A DNA stretch of 64,000 nucleotides from Tetramitus jugosus (taxonomy: Eukaryota > Protista > Heterolobosea): assembly GCA_937625935.1 (NCBI GenBank), contig OW569392.1, forward strand, positions 265,989 to 329,988, given 5' to 3'. The position numbers were made by a program, and so were the translations under genes. Shown piece after piece: positions 13,096 through 23,009 of the stretch (the stretch's first letter is position 1; each line of letters begins with the position of its first letter). The notes beneath the pieces were generated by a model that was given only the letters and a program-made list of their open reading frames with translations, searched no databases and was not told where the DNA came from.

Positions 13096-14408
13096 AAAAA
13101 ACGCAGAGAAAACGGCATCACATGTCTGGTGATTCAACAAATTTGGTGCAGGAATACGGCAACAGCCGTTATGCAGTGTGGACCACTGCACGGAAAGGCT
13201 CTAGGCCAAGTGACAGAGAGGTCGTCATTACTGGCAACGGTAATGGTGTCTCTCAGTCATCTTTGGCAAGAAAGATAGGAGAGGAGTTTGGTGACTGGCT
13301 CAACCGAGTCCAGGTCATCAAGAGGAAAGGCCAGCAACGCTTTGTTGCATGGGTGACGGTCAAGGATGACCGCATCTATGACTTTGTTGAGTTGTTCAAC
13401 AAAGAGAGGAGGATTGGCAACAGCACTGCTGCACCCAAGCGCAGTGTTGATTGCACAAGAAAGGTGGTCGTCCATGGCATGAAGAACATGTCAGTGGACG
13501 ACATCAAGAAGCTACTGGGGCCTGAGAAGGTTGCCAGTGTGCTCAAGAAGCGTGACACTGCTTTCGTGGTCATGGGTGATGAAACCTATGCACGAGCAGT
13601 GCTCAGCGGAGAGCAAAAGGTCAAGGCCACGGTCACTCGATACGTCGAGAGACCACATGATCCTCTCAAGGCTGTCAACAAGAGATTGACGAAGATGTAC
13701 GAGGAGCTGCTGACGGTGGTTGACGCACTGCGTCGACAGGTCACAGAACTCACCAAGGAATTGGCAAAGACAAAGGGTCAAGAGGGCAACAAACCGGTTC
13801 CGATACAGGAACAAGAAGTTGTACAAAGAACTGCTCCTGGTCTAATGGAGACAGAAGAACAAAGGAGTGCAACACCACTACCAACAGTGCCTGTTGTACA
13901 GCTCAGCGCTGAAAATCGGCAAATTCTGGAGCAAGTGAATGCCACTTCTCCAGTGTTCGCAAGAGTGAAGAAGGAAATTGCTGCATTGGCACTTGCTGCT
14001 GCACGCAAAAGGTATGGTTTGACTGAGGACGAACCAGTCATTGTGGATGTGGATGATGACTCCGAAAAGGAGATTCAGAGTCCACAACTCAATGACAACA
14101 AGAAGAGGAGTGCCAGGATCACACTGGGTGATCTGATGAGCAACAAGGCCCAAAACAAGAAAACAACAACAGATGGCTCTGTGTCCATCGACGGTCCTAC
14201 TACAAGGTTACGCTCTTTGATGAAGGGCATCAACCAAAACACTCACCAGAGTGATTATTCCAACCTGTAGGTGCACCGTCGGGGACAACAAGAGAAGAAG
14301 AGTGAATGACGCCCTACGGGTCGTCACTCACAAAACAAGTCAATAAATGAGCAATCGTGTGCTTGCTGCGCAAGCACACATGGTTGTATGGAACAAAAAA
14401 AAAAAAAA
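13096..14408 (+). mobile_element. Non-autonomous non-LTR retroelement (ORF1 only) inserted 46 bp upstream of tRNA-Met
   Basis: Exact 15-bp TSD CACAGTGGTTTTGGT at 13081-13095 and 14409-14423. 14-nt poly(A) at 14395-14408. AATAAA at 14342. Two 3'UTR hairpins. Single ORF. Looks more GC-rich than its flanks. Confidence 0.88.
13122..14270 (+). CDS. ORF1-like protein of the retroelement (RRM-like folds, coiled coil, low-complexity tail)
   Basis: Intact 382-aa ORF. RNP-like segments RKVVVHGM and DTAFVVMGDETYARAVL. Heptad segment LTKMYEELLTVVDALRRQVTELTKELAK. No RT or endonuclease motifs. Confidence 0.7.
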   Translation: MSGDSTNLVQEYGNSRYAVWTTARKGSRPSDREVVITGNGNGVSQSSLARKIGEEFGDWLNRVQVIKRKGQQRFVAWVTVKDDRIYDFVELFNKERRIGNSTAAPKRSVDCTRKVVVHGMKNMSVDDIKKLLGPEKVASVLKKRDTAFVVMGDETYARAVLSGEQKVKATVTRYVERPHDPLKAVNKRLTKMYEELLTVVDALRRQVTELTKELAKTKGQEGNKPVPIQEQEVVQRTAPGLMETEEQRSATPLPTVPVVQLSAENRQILEQVNATSPVFARVKKEIAALALAAARKRYGLTEDEPVIVDVDDDSEKEIQSPQLNDNKKRSARITLGDLMSNKAQNKKTTTDGSVSIDGPTTRLRSLMKGINQNTHQSDYSNL

Positions 14409-14597
14409 CACAGTGGTTTTGGTTTTTGAGGACGGCGATGGAATGGGCGTTGTTGCGTGGTTTGGATTGTTTGTTGCCGTTTTGCAACTCTGTTGTGTCT
14501 GATGCTGTTTCAACCTTCAAACTCCGACTTGGAACGCAAAAATAAGAACAGACAGAATTCGCCGCTTGCTTGCAAACAAAAAAACACATTAACAAGA

Positions 14598-15638
14598 ATG
14601 AGCAACAGATCCACAAACAAGACGAGCAACAAATCGCGTCGCACAGGCAACGCCTTTACCAAAAACGCAACAGCAGCTGCACCCATAACCAACACTGATG
14701 ATGATGACGATTTCGATTACCTCTCACCAAATACCAGTACAACCACTACTACTAGCAGTAGCAATAGCAAATCATCAAAAGTCACATCTACCACATCAAC
14801 AGATCTATATGAAAATACTAGTACTCACAATGTAGATGACGATGCACAAACCATTAAACAAATGACTCAATTGGTGGAAACTACGGTTGAAAATCTCCGA
14901 AGCGACAAAAAATTTTTTGAGGAAGCATTACCAAAGCTAGGCACAGACAAGGACAATCGAAAGCTCAGAACAGACATTAAGAAACATTCCTCGCAAACAA
15001 CCCAATGGATCAAAAACACTCAAAGCACACTCAAACAGCTCTCTACTCCAAAAAACACTGGTTCCAAGCGACAATTTGAAAAATTGAAGAGAGAAATGGA
15101 AGAAAGCTTAAACACTGCCCTGTCATTGCTCAAGCAAGTAGAACACAAGGAGAAACAGCATGTTCTCTCACAAAAGGATCAACTGGAACAGCTCAAGAGG
15201 GCTCAAGAGATTGAACAGGAGAATATGGAGAGCAAGAAGCAGAGAGAAGAAGAAGAGCGAATGCGACTTGTGGACTACCAGAAAAAAAAACAAGAACACA
15301 TTTTTTTGGAAAATCAAATTGCGCACAATGAAAAAATCATTGGTGAACGAGAGGATGACATTATGGAAATTGAGCAGGATATTCGTGATATTCATCAAAC
15401 GTTCAAGGAGATGAATATGATTGTGAAGCATCAACAGGTTGGATTGGACATGATTGAGGAGAATGTGGAAAGAACTGTGATTCATGTGACTGAAGGTACG
15501 AACAATCTGGAGAAGGCCAACGGCTATGACAAGAGGAGCAGAAATTTGATTTGTATCATCATGTTGATCATTTTGATTTTGGCAGTTGTTCTGGCGATTG
15601 TGTTGGTTGTCGTACTCAAATTCACTCTTCACTTTTAA
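14598..15638 (+). CDS. Qa-SNARE syntaxin (syntaxin-7/Pep12/Vam3-like)
   Basis: Habc segment LGTDKDNRKLR, SNARE motif EREDDIMEIEQDIRDIHQTFKEM..IVKHQQVGLDMIEENV, C-terminal TM anchor. Likely start ATG 14598. Confidence 0.9.
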   Translation: MSNRSTNKTSNKSRRTGNAFTKNATAAAPITNTDDDDDFDYLSPNTSTTTTTSSSNSKSSKVTSTTSTDLYENTSTHNVDDDAQTIKQMTQLVETTVENLRSDKKFFEEALPKLGTDKDNRKLRTDIKKHSSQTTQWIKNTQSTLKQLSTPKNTGSKRQFEKLKREMEESLNTALSLLKQVEHKEKQHVLSQKDQLEQLKRAQEIEQENMESKKQREEEERMRLVDYQKKKQEHIFLENQIAHNEKIIGEREDDIMEIEQDIRDIHQTFKEMNMIVKHQQVGLDMIEENVERTVIHVTEGTNNLEKANGYDKRSRNLICIIMLIILILAVVLAIVLVVVLKFTLHF

Positions 15639-15812
15639 GTGGTGTGTGTTTTCATTTTTCAAGTCTTTATAAATATATTTACACATTCCCTCTGCGCAGT
15701 CTGATCACTTCACACAGATTCATTGAGCTAAGCGTCTGTGTTCTGACATCAATCTTTGACATTTTGTCCGCTTGCGACATCTGAATTACGGTAAGCATCC
15801 GAACAACAAACA

Positions 15813-16496
15813 ATGGGTAACAAGCAAACAGAAGGAGATTTGGATCTTGAACTTGTTAGATTGTACGAAAATCAATCATTCTTCACTCAAAATGAGATTA
15901 ATTTATTGTACCATAAGTTCAGAGCACTCGCAGAGAAGGATAAGAGACATAGTCAACGGGTGTTGGATACCAATGGACTTTCATCTTCTTCGAAGGAATT
16001 GGTTGTAGAACTAAACACGATTTTAGAGCTAAAACCGATACGGAACAACCCTTTTGCTGACAAGATTGTTGAACTGTTTGCATGTAAGCACCATTTATTT
16101 TCCAGTAGTATCAAACATATTCGTAACACTTCTGATTTTATTCTCTTAGCTGAATCTGGCACTCTAGAATTCGAAGACTTCCTGGATATGTGCTCGGTCT
16201 TTGCACCAAACGCCCCAGTTCATCTCAAAATTCGTGTGGCATTCTACATATTCGACAAGGACAATGATGGAAGATTAGACAAAGACGATATTGATTATGT
16301 GATATCGAGAATGGTTGATGATTTCATGGCCAGTGACCCATCGAACTCTCAGAGCATACAAGCAGCACGTTTAAAACTATTCGAAGAAGCGGACATTGAC
16401 CACAGCGGTGAAATTACGCTCAAAGAGTTTGAGAAGTTATGCGATCGTATGCCAGACTTTGAGACACGGTTCTCCTTTCGCATTCATAGCCTATAA
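15813..16496 (+). CDS. Myristoylated EF-hand protein, CIB/calcineurin-B-like
   Basis: MGNKQT N-terminus, NPF motif, EF hands DKDNDGRLDKDD and DIDHSGEITLKE. Probable 66-nt in-frame intron at 16084-16149. Confidence 0.88.
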   Translation: MGNKQTEGDLDLELVRLYENQSFFTQNEINLLYHKFRALAEKDKRHSQRVLDTNGLSSSSKELVVELNTILELKPIRNNPFADKIVELFACKHHLFSSSIKHIRNTSDFILLAESGTLEFEDFLDMCSVFAPNAPVHLKIRVAFYIFDKDNDGRLDKDDIDYVISRMVDDFMASDPSNSQSIQAARLKLFEEADIDHSGEITLKEFEKLCDRMPDFETRFSFRIHSL

Positions 16497-16650
16497 AACA
16501 ATTATGATTGTTCTTTAACTGTAAACGAATGATCAACACCAATTGGATGCCACAAGGACTTGGAAGGAATTTTCTCCGATGACGACATAATTTACACCCG
16601 ACATAAATTCAAAGAAGCATTTCGGGCGGTAAAATTCTGCCAACCAAACA

Positions 16651-17626
16651 ATGTCCAACAATGAACAGGAGAGTTACTTGCAGCAACCTCTGGTAGAAGA
16701 CCCATCATCACCCTATAATCCATCACAAACTCCTAAAATTTATAATGCACCAACAGCAAGCTCTCGGATTTTGCAAATCGTCAAGCTTTTGGTTGTTTTG
16801 CTCTTGTTTGTTGCGTTTATTGCACTAGTGATTCTTGTTGTGACATTTGTCAGCCAAAAACAATTCATGAAGGTAAGAAGCTTTTGTGATTGCCTTTGTT
16901 GCCCTACTTTTCGCTAAACGTTTTTTCGCGCTCAAATACGATTTACAGAAAAAAGTCCGATTGAACATTCATGTTGCGCTGTCTTTAGCTTGTGCAGAGC
17001 AAGTTCTTGCGATTAATCATAACTTGACAGTGTATGATACGCCAAATCATCAAAAGATTGAGTTCATTGACAAGTATGAACCTCATTTAACACTTTACTT
17101 GACTGATTTCCAGTACCATGAATTGGCCCATATCAAGACTCAATTAGTAGAGTTGGCTTCGCTGAATCGAACAGACGGAGGAATAGCTGACTCTTGTATG
17201 GTTCATCTCCTACCCAATGTTACTCTCTCTGGTCAGTATATCATGTGGGAAGCAGAGATAGAATCATGCTTACAACACATGTCAGATGCAATTGTGAACA
17301 GGACGAGTCGCTATGTTGATTCTTCAGCGAAAAGCACTATTCCAGATTGGTTAAAATCACAGCCAGAGGATGTTCGTATATTGAAGACTGAAATGATACG
17401 GAAATATGGCTCTCCAAACGTCTTTTCACAGTTTGATCCACATGTGACTGTTGGTTATAGCACGACTAAAAATCAAACCATTTTAGAAAATTTGGTCGCA
17501 CAACATGTGCAAGCATACAAGCCACAGTGTAAATTTAAGGTGACAAGGCTCAAGGTTGGTTCGACTGGTCTCTATGGCACAGTACTTCAAGACGAAGATT
17601 ATATTCAAATCAATCTTAAGGGATAG
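16651..17626 (+). CDS. Type II membrane protein with lumenal 2H-phosphoesterase domain
   Basis: Intron 16873-16948 joins the TM exon to the catalytic exon in frame. Two HxT motifs (PHLTLYL, PHVTVGY). Several N-glycosylation sequons. Confidence 0.72.
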
Positions 17627-17838
17627 ACTATCTGTTCACCATTGAACATTTTTACTTCGTAAAGCGATTTTTGAGTTTTGTTACTCTAGTTGAAACTTAT
17701 TCTTCATTTCTGTTAGAGTTTTTGAGTGGGCATCTAAACTTCGAGATCGATTGTATCTGAGAAAACATTTGTGGTATTCAAGTTTATTTTTACAATTTGG
17801 ACTTCGTATGACTTTTGAAATCATACCGTTGTTGCTAT

Positions 17839-18375
17839 TTACACAAAAAGAAGAGGCCGTCTGTAAGGATCCATCAAATCCTTCTTATCTTCAATTCTAG
17901 TCATCACTCTTTGCACCATGTCTTCTCTCTTGTTCGCTTCATTACCAGGAACAATTGCATTGACTGCTTCCCTTACTCTGCTTCTCAATTCATTGTCGTT
18001 GTCCACATCGACATGCTCCTTAAACATTTGACTCACAATCTTCCACACGTTTCTCTCGGTCGATAGGCTCGCGGGACTTACTGGAGAACGTTGCTGTTGA
18101 GATTTCAATCTCTCGGTTGAATTAAACACTTTCAAATGATCTGTTGTACTCATCAATATTTGCTTTTCTGTTCTGTTGTTGAACAGGGAAGCATTGGTTG
18201 ACTTTGAGTTGACTGGTGTTGGACTGATGGGAGTTTTTGGTGTGATGATATTAGCCACGGATGGTTGTGGTACGTTGACCGATGTTGCACTGTTGGCTGC
18301 AGCAGAGGCAGCAAACGAGGAATACTGCGCATGTCTAGGAGATAATTCACCCTTTGATAGTACTCTCTTCAACAT
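17839..18375 (-). CDS. Hypothetical protein (178 aa)
   Basis: ATG-initiated ORF with an A-rich leader that fills the gap between genes. No recognisable motif. Confidence 0.55.
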   Translation of the reverse strand: MLKRVLSKGELSPRHAQYSSFAASAAANSATSVNVPQPSVANIITPKTPISPTPVNSKSTNASLFNNRTEKQILMSTTDHLKVFNSTERLKSQQQRSPVSPASLSTERNVWKIVSQMFKEHVDVDNDNELRSRVREAVNAIVPGNEANKREDMVQRVMTRIEDKKDLMDPYRRPLLFV

Positions 18376-18639
18376 TGTTGTGACTTGTTTGTTGTTTTGT
18401 TTCCAGTTTCAAAATTGTCTTGAATTTATGTGGTTGTATTGTTCGTCAAGTTCGAGAAATTTCTGTGAACAATCCATAAATGACCATTACAAGATTCAAG
18501 ATCGCATAAAATTTCCCGATTCTTCAACTTCACCGCACCAAAGGTACGATTCTTGCGGAATTGATTCTATCTTTACAACATCAAGGCGGAACATGCCCAA
18601 CTACAGTGACAACGGTTGTTCTTTTTCGTACTGTTAGGA

Positions 18640-20418
18640 TTACACCAATGAGAGATCCTTCTTGGTAGCTGTCAGAATCACACCTCTGGGTGAGATCTTT
18701 GGATGGAAGACACGAATCAAGTCAGCCGTTTTAACACAGTCTTGGTCCCGAAGATACAGCAGTCTGTCAACCAGCACCAAAGCTTCTATGACAGGTGATA
18801 GAGCTTGCCTGATTGCCGCAAAACATTGGACCTCCGGTAAAATGTCATCAGCGACAGGGTTCAGCGTTTTGTAGAAATCATTTAACTGCTCCATCAAAAT
18901 GTCTTCACCTTGAGCAAACAACTCTTGCAAACGTTTGTCCAACCGAGTCTTGTAAGTTGGATCATGGAATGGATGAGTATCGTGTTTTGGTTGCATTTTC
19001 TTCATAGCAGCAATGGCATACTTGCCAAAGCTAGTTGTGTGTTGAGGACGGATACAACCACTGAAATGTGACTCTGGGAACGTTGGTGCGATTTGCTTAA
19101 ATAAATATAACTCTAGTGCTGCGCGATAGCTGTGCATCTTAAACATATACTTTGCAGCCTTCAAATCAGAGAACATTGGATCCGAATTGCTGGCCAAATA
19201 TTTTCCTGCACTGAGTGGAAGTTTCCACTGTTGACGATTCAAAAATTGACTCATTGGATAGCCAAAATCTGGAGAGGAGTACTCATGATGGAAATAATCT
19301 GGATCTTCCGATAATTTGTGATAGCAACAAGCAACATTTGCTAATGAAACTGCACTTGTTTTCAAAAAGAGTTTGATCATTGTTGCTGCAAGATCACCAC
19401 AAGTATGTAAACCAATCAACAAAATGCGCTCCGTTTCACTATTTAAATACGGTTTGAGCAACTCGATAAATTCATCTTGAGTAATAGTTAAATTCAAATG
19501 CGCTGTTACTGAATGAACAGTTGCATTCTTCTTCACTGGTTGCGTCGTAGTAGAATTAGCAACTACTATAGTTTGATCATTACTACTATTTGTTTGCTTA
19601 TCAATTTTGTCCAACTCTTTTTCAAGCTTATTCTTGATTTGGAGAGTTCTTCGATCACATCCACTTGTTTGAAGCTCATTTCCATCAATTGCAATCACAT
19701 TCACTCGCTCCTTCTGATCAGTGACTTGATTCTCTTGGCAAAAGGCAATATACTGAGAGAGATAACCTTGCCCGGCACCCAAATCCACAACAGTTTGACA
19801 ATTGGACTCATGTGCAAACTCAATAATTGCATTGCCTAACCGTTCAATCTCATGCTTCTTCTTGTCATTCATTCCAAACAGTCTCATCATCTTGATAAGC
19901 TTATTGCTCTGACTCTCAGTAGCAATAGAAGAATCAGACACATCTTGTAACAATGGATTAAACATCTTTAGTTCCTGAGATCCTTTAATATAGTTCATGA
20001 AGGATGTTGGACACATTTGAGTAAAAATGGAGCTTTCCTCCATTTTACCCGATTGTAAGTCAAGCAAGAACTGGAAGAGCTGTTCCATAGAAGCAGAGTT
20101 ATGGGAACCTTGCTTTGCAACTTCATGGATCTCTGCAAAGTAATTGCGCCACTCACTGTGCACACGTTTTTCCCAATGTTGATTCACCAGAAAAAGGACG
20201 ACTTTGTCCTCCTGTGCAACTGTAGATTGATCCTCCCGCGGAGTAATTATTGGCGCGTTTTCTTCCTGGAGGGAAATTGTTTGGCGCTTCGAATGGTCTT
20301 CATCGAAATAATAAAAGAAATTGAACAAGTGTTCGTACTGTTGCAAGAATTGAACAAGCGCTTCTGCATATTCTTCATATGAATTGAATTGAGGTGGCAA
20401 CACACTTCCAGCCGTCAT
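18640..20418 (-). CDS. METTL25/RRNAD1-like SAM-dependent methyltransferase
   Basis: KKKHEI, VVDLGAGQGYLS, GLHTCGDL, CCYH, SPRG motifs. Confidence 0.88.
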   Translation of the reverse strand: MTAGSVLPPQFNSYEEYAEALVQFLQQYEHLFNFFYYFDEDHSKRQTISLQEENAPIITPREDQSTVAQEDKVVLFLVNQHWEKRVHSEWRNYFAEIHEVAKQGSHNSASMEQLFQFLLDLQSGKMEESSIFTQMCPTSFMNYIKGSQELKMFNPLLQDVSDSSIATESQSNKLIKMMRLFGMNDKKKHEIERLGNAIIEFAHESNCQTVVDLGAGQGYLSQYIAFCQENQVTDQKERVNVIAIDGNELQTSGCDRRTLQIKNKLEKELDKIDKQTNSSNDQTIVVANSTTTQPVKKNATVHSVTAHLNLTITQDEFIELLKPYLNSETERILLIGLHTCGDLAATMIKLFLKTSAVSLANVACCYHKLSEDPDYFHHEYSSPDFGYPMSQFLNRQQWKLPLSAGKYLASNSDPMFSDLKAAKYMFKMHSYRAALELYLFKQIAPTFPESHFSGCIRPQHTTSFGKYAIAAMKKMQPKHDTHPFHDPTYKTRLDKRLQELFAQGEDILMEQLNDFYKTLNPVADDILPEVQCFAAIRQALSPVIEALVLVDRLLYLRDQDCVKTADLIRVFHPKISPRGVILTATKKDLSLV

Positions 20419-20521
20419 CTTCTTTCTTTTTGTTCTTTGATTTTTGGCGGAATGAATTTTGCCGATGAAGGAGAAATTCTAATTGTCAGTTTATTTCATA
20501 CGAAGAGCCGTGTATTCCGAA

Positions 20522-21139
20522 TTAATGACCATATTGTTGATACCACTTGCCTCCTTCGAGTGTGTAATCAATGAGGAATGTCAATAGATCATCACTTGTC
20601 AGAAATGGGTCGCCCCCTTCATAATTGTCATTGGTGTTATTCCCTTGTTCAGGCAGCACGTCGTAAGAAACGTAAACTTTGCACTTTTCGTCCTTGTTGT
20701 TCCACGCAGCATACCAGAAACAACATCCTTGGTTTTCATTGATGAATCGTACCATGTGTGTCATATCGGGCGCGACCGAGGAGACAACGCTCTGTTTGAC
20801 CAAGTGCCAATGTTGGACATGATCTGGATAGTAAACATTGGAAGATCCAGGAACACAGAAATCATTGTTTGTGGGAAAGGCGTGACAAATAGCATAACGA
20901 ATATTTGTCCAACTTGCGACAGTCTTGAGAGTTGTTGGTATATTGACACCCCACTGTTGTTCATACTGTTCCAAGGTTTGAGCTACGGCTTGGTTTATCT
21001 GTGGTGCATCTGTTGTACCAGGATACAGTAATCTCCACAGGTGATCCATGGAAATTTCTTGTGTCGTTCCATCATCATTGTGGATGGCCAGTGGTGGACC
21101 ACCGATTCTGAGATCATTAATGCATACTGGTTGGGCCAT
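20522..21139 (-). CDS. SMI1/KNR4 (SUKH)-like protein
   Basis: LEQYEQQWGVNIPTTLK resembles the SUKH N-terminal motif. FINENQGCCFWY resembles the ENQG motif of bacterial SUKH-type proteins. Confidence 0.55.
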   Translation of the reverse strand: MAQPVCINDLRIGGPPLAIHNDDGTTQEISMDHLWRLLYPGTTDAPQINQAVAQTLEQYEQQWGVNIPTTLKTVASWTNIRYAICHAFPTNNDFCVPGSSNVYYPDHVQHWHLVKQSVVSSVAPDMTHMVRFINENQGCCFWYAAWNNKDEKCKVYVSYDVLPEQGNNTNDNYEGGDPFLTSDDLLTFLIDYTLEGGKWYQQYGH

Positions 21140-21301
21140 TTGCTATTGTTTTGTTGGTTTCTTTCACAAAAGAATTGAGTGGGCAAGTCGAGAAAAAAGT
21201 GGATTGTCGAGTTCGGGTGTCCAACTTCCCGTCTGACTGGTAGCAAACTTACGACAGGCGGATTATTTACAATCAGACTCTTACGAATACAACGAGTTTC
21301 T

Positions 21302-22690
21302 TTATGGAAGTGCGGCATAGTAGTTCTTTCTGTGTCTCAAGAACAAAACAGAAAGAACGGCCATGAATATGGCACATACTCCAATTGTGATAGGCAATGA
21401 GATCAATAGAACAGTGTTCTCTGATCTCTTCTTGTTCAACAAGTGTTGCGTGCAATACGATGTAAAGTCATTGCCACAACGATCACACCAAGCTTTAACG
21501 GTCAAGCTACTCTTTGAGTTCATTTGACTCTTGAATTGATTCCAGGCACAACTAGCATTTGGGCACTTTCCTCCTAATGGATAAGCCACAAAATCTGCAT
21601 TGTATCCCAATCGAATCACAACTTGCACACTATACTTGTTTGTTTCAGTATCTCTGTGCAACTCAAAAATCACCTGGGAACCATAGGGTGGAACACCTTG
21701 CAACTCCTCATGAGCACCGTCAATATCCAACGTTGCAAATATCGATTCAAGAGTAGAGTCATGAGCAGACATGTGAATGTACTTTGGAGATTTTTCTTTG
21801 GCAATCAACATTTCAAAAGAATCGAGCACTCTTTGAACCAATGGACCAGCACCCAAATTCTGTTGAATTTTTCTCGTAAATTTCTGATAATTGACCAAAT
21901 TACCCAATTTTTGAATCTTTGACCATGTTTCCTGATTCGTCAACTCACTTAAATTCAACAAATTGTGACTCTTTTGAACCATTAACACATCATACACCCA
22001 ATAATAATCTCTAAAGTCTCCAATCTTCACACCAGTCACATTGGCCACAAGTTGCATCATGGGATCCTGTTCTTTTTGCAATTGTAAGAAATCCTTGCTC
22101 ACATACAGATTACTCAATCGATCATCAATCGTAGGACACCTCTCAAACCCTCTCAACAAAATATCTTCATGTTCAGGTATCGTATGAACAGGAACTAATG
22201 AAATATCACCATTCAATGATGGTTGTTTGGACAAGTCATTGTTCAATCCTGTTCCATTAGGAAACAATCCTTGACTCACTGCGTTCAATGAGATGATGGT
22301 TCGATCCACCGACGTGCTCGTAAATTTGAACTGTTCGGAATCAAATTTTGTAAATGTAATACCGGAAATTTGATTCTCCGACTCGGGCAATAAATACCGC
22401 GAACGTAAATGCTGACCCATGGTAAAGCATTGAGAAATACCGAGACCAGTGAGTTGACCCTGAGCCAAACCTAATTTGGATGTCCAATTGATTGGATCCA
22501 TGGGTAACTCTACATCTGATATTGGTGTTCGATCACAGTGTCTACTAATGATGAACACTTGTTCAATGACTGATGATGCTTGGATAGTGTGGATGAAGAG
22601 GGTAGTTAGTAGTAGTGATAGGAGAAGGATGGTGGTGGTGGTGGTGGAGGAGGTTCGTGAGTGAAGATGGTGGAGGTGAGAGGGTGTCAT
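21302..22690 (-). CDS. Lysosomal-type histidine acid phosphatase
   Basis: RHCDRTP and AHD catalytic motifs, signal peptide, C-terminal TM followed by YxxL (YAAL). Likely start 22690 (ORF track gives 22768). Confidence 0.92.
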   Translation of the reverse strand: MTPSHLHHLHSRTSSTTTTTILLLSLLLTTLFIHTIQASSVIEQVFIISRHCDRTPISDVELPMDPINWTSKLGLAQGQLTGLGISQCFTMGQHLRSRYLLPESENQISGITFTKFDSEQFKFTSTSVDRTIISLNAVSQGLFPNGTGLNNDLSKQPSLNGDISLVPVHTIPEHEDILLRGFERCPTIDDRLSNLYVSKDFLQLQKEQDPMMQLVANVTGVKIGDFRDYYWVYDVLMVQKSHNLLNLSELTNQETWSKIQKLGNLVNYQKFTRKIQQNLGAGPLVQRVLDSFEMLIAKEKSPKYIHMSAHDSTLESIFATLDIDGAHEELQGVPPYGSQVIFELHRDTETNKYSVQVVIRLGYNADFVAYPLGGKCPNASCAWNQFKSQMNSKSSLTVKAWCDRCGNDFTSYCTQHLLNKKRSENTVLLISLPITIGVCAIFMAVLSVLFLRHRKNYYAALP

Positions 22691-23009
22691 TTGCTTTGAT
22701 GCATTCGTTTTTTTTTCTGGTGTTGCTTTTTTCTTTTTGTTGTCGCGGGGAAAAATACGTGCATCCAAGAAACGTGTTTCATTCTCGAGAGGTTGATCCC
22801 CTCGAGAGATAAATCAACAACACCATCCTCTGAATAAAACACGAACATGTTGAGCTTTAAAAATACTTGTTGGATCTCAAGAGCCACGGAAGATTCCAAC
22901 TTTGGCAAATGGTATCGACAATGATGTCTGAAGCGGAGTAATCTTGTGACTGTCAAAAGACATTTGACATCAAAATCTGAAAAAAAACTGAGCAAACGAC
23001 AAGTGCGGA

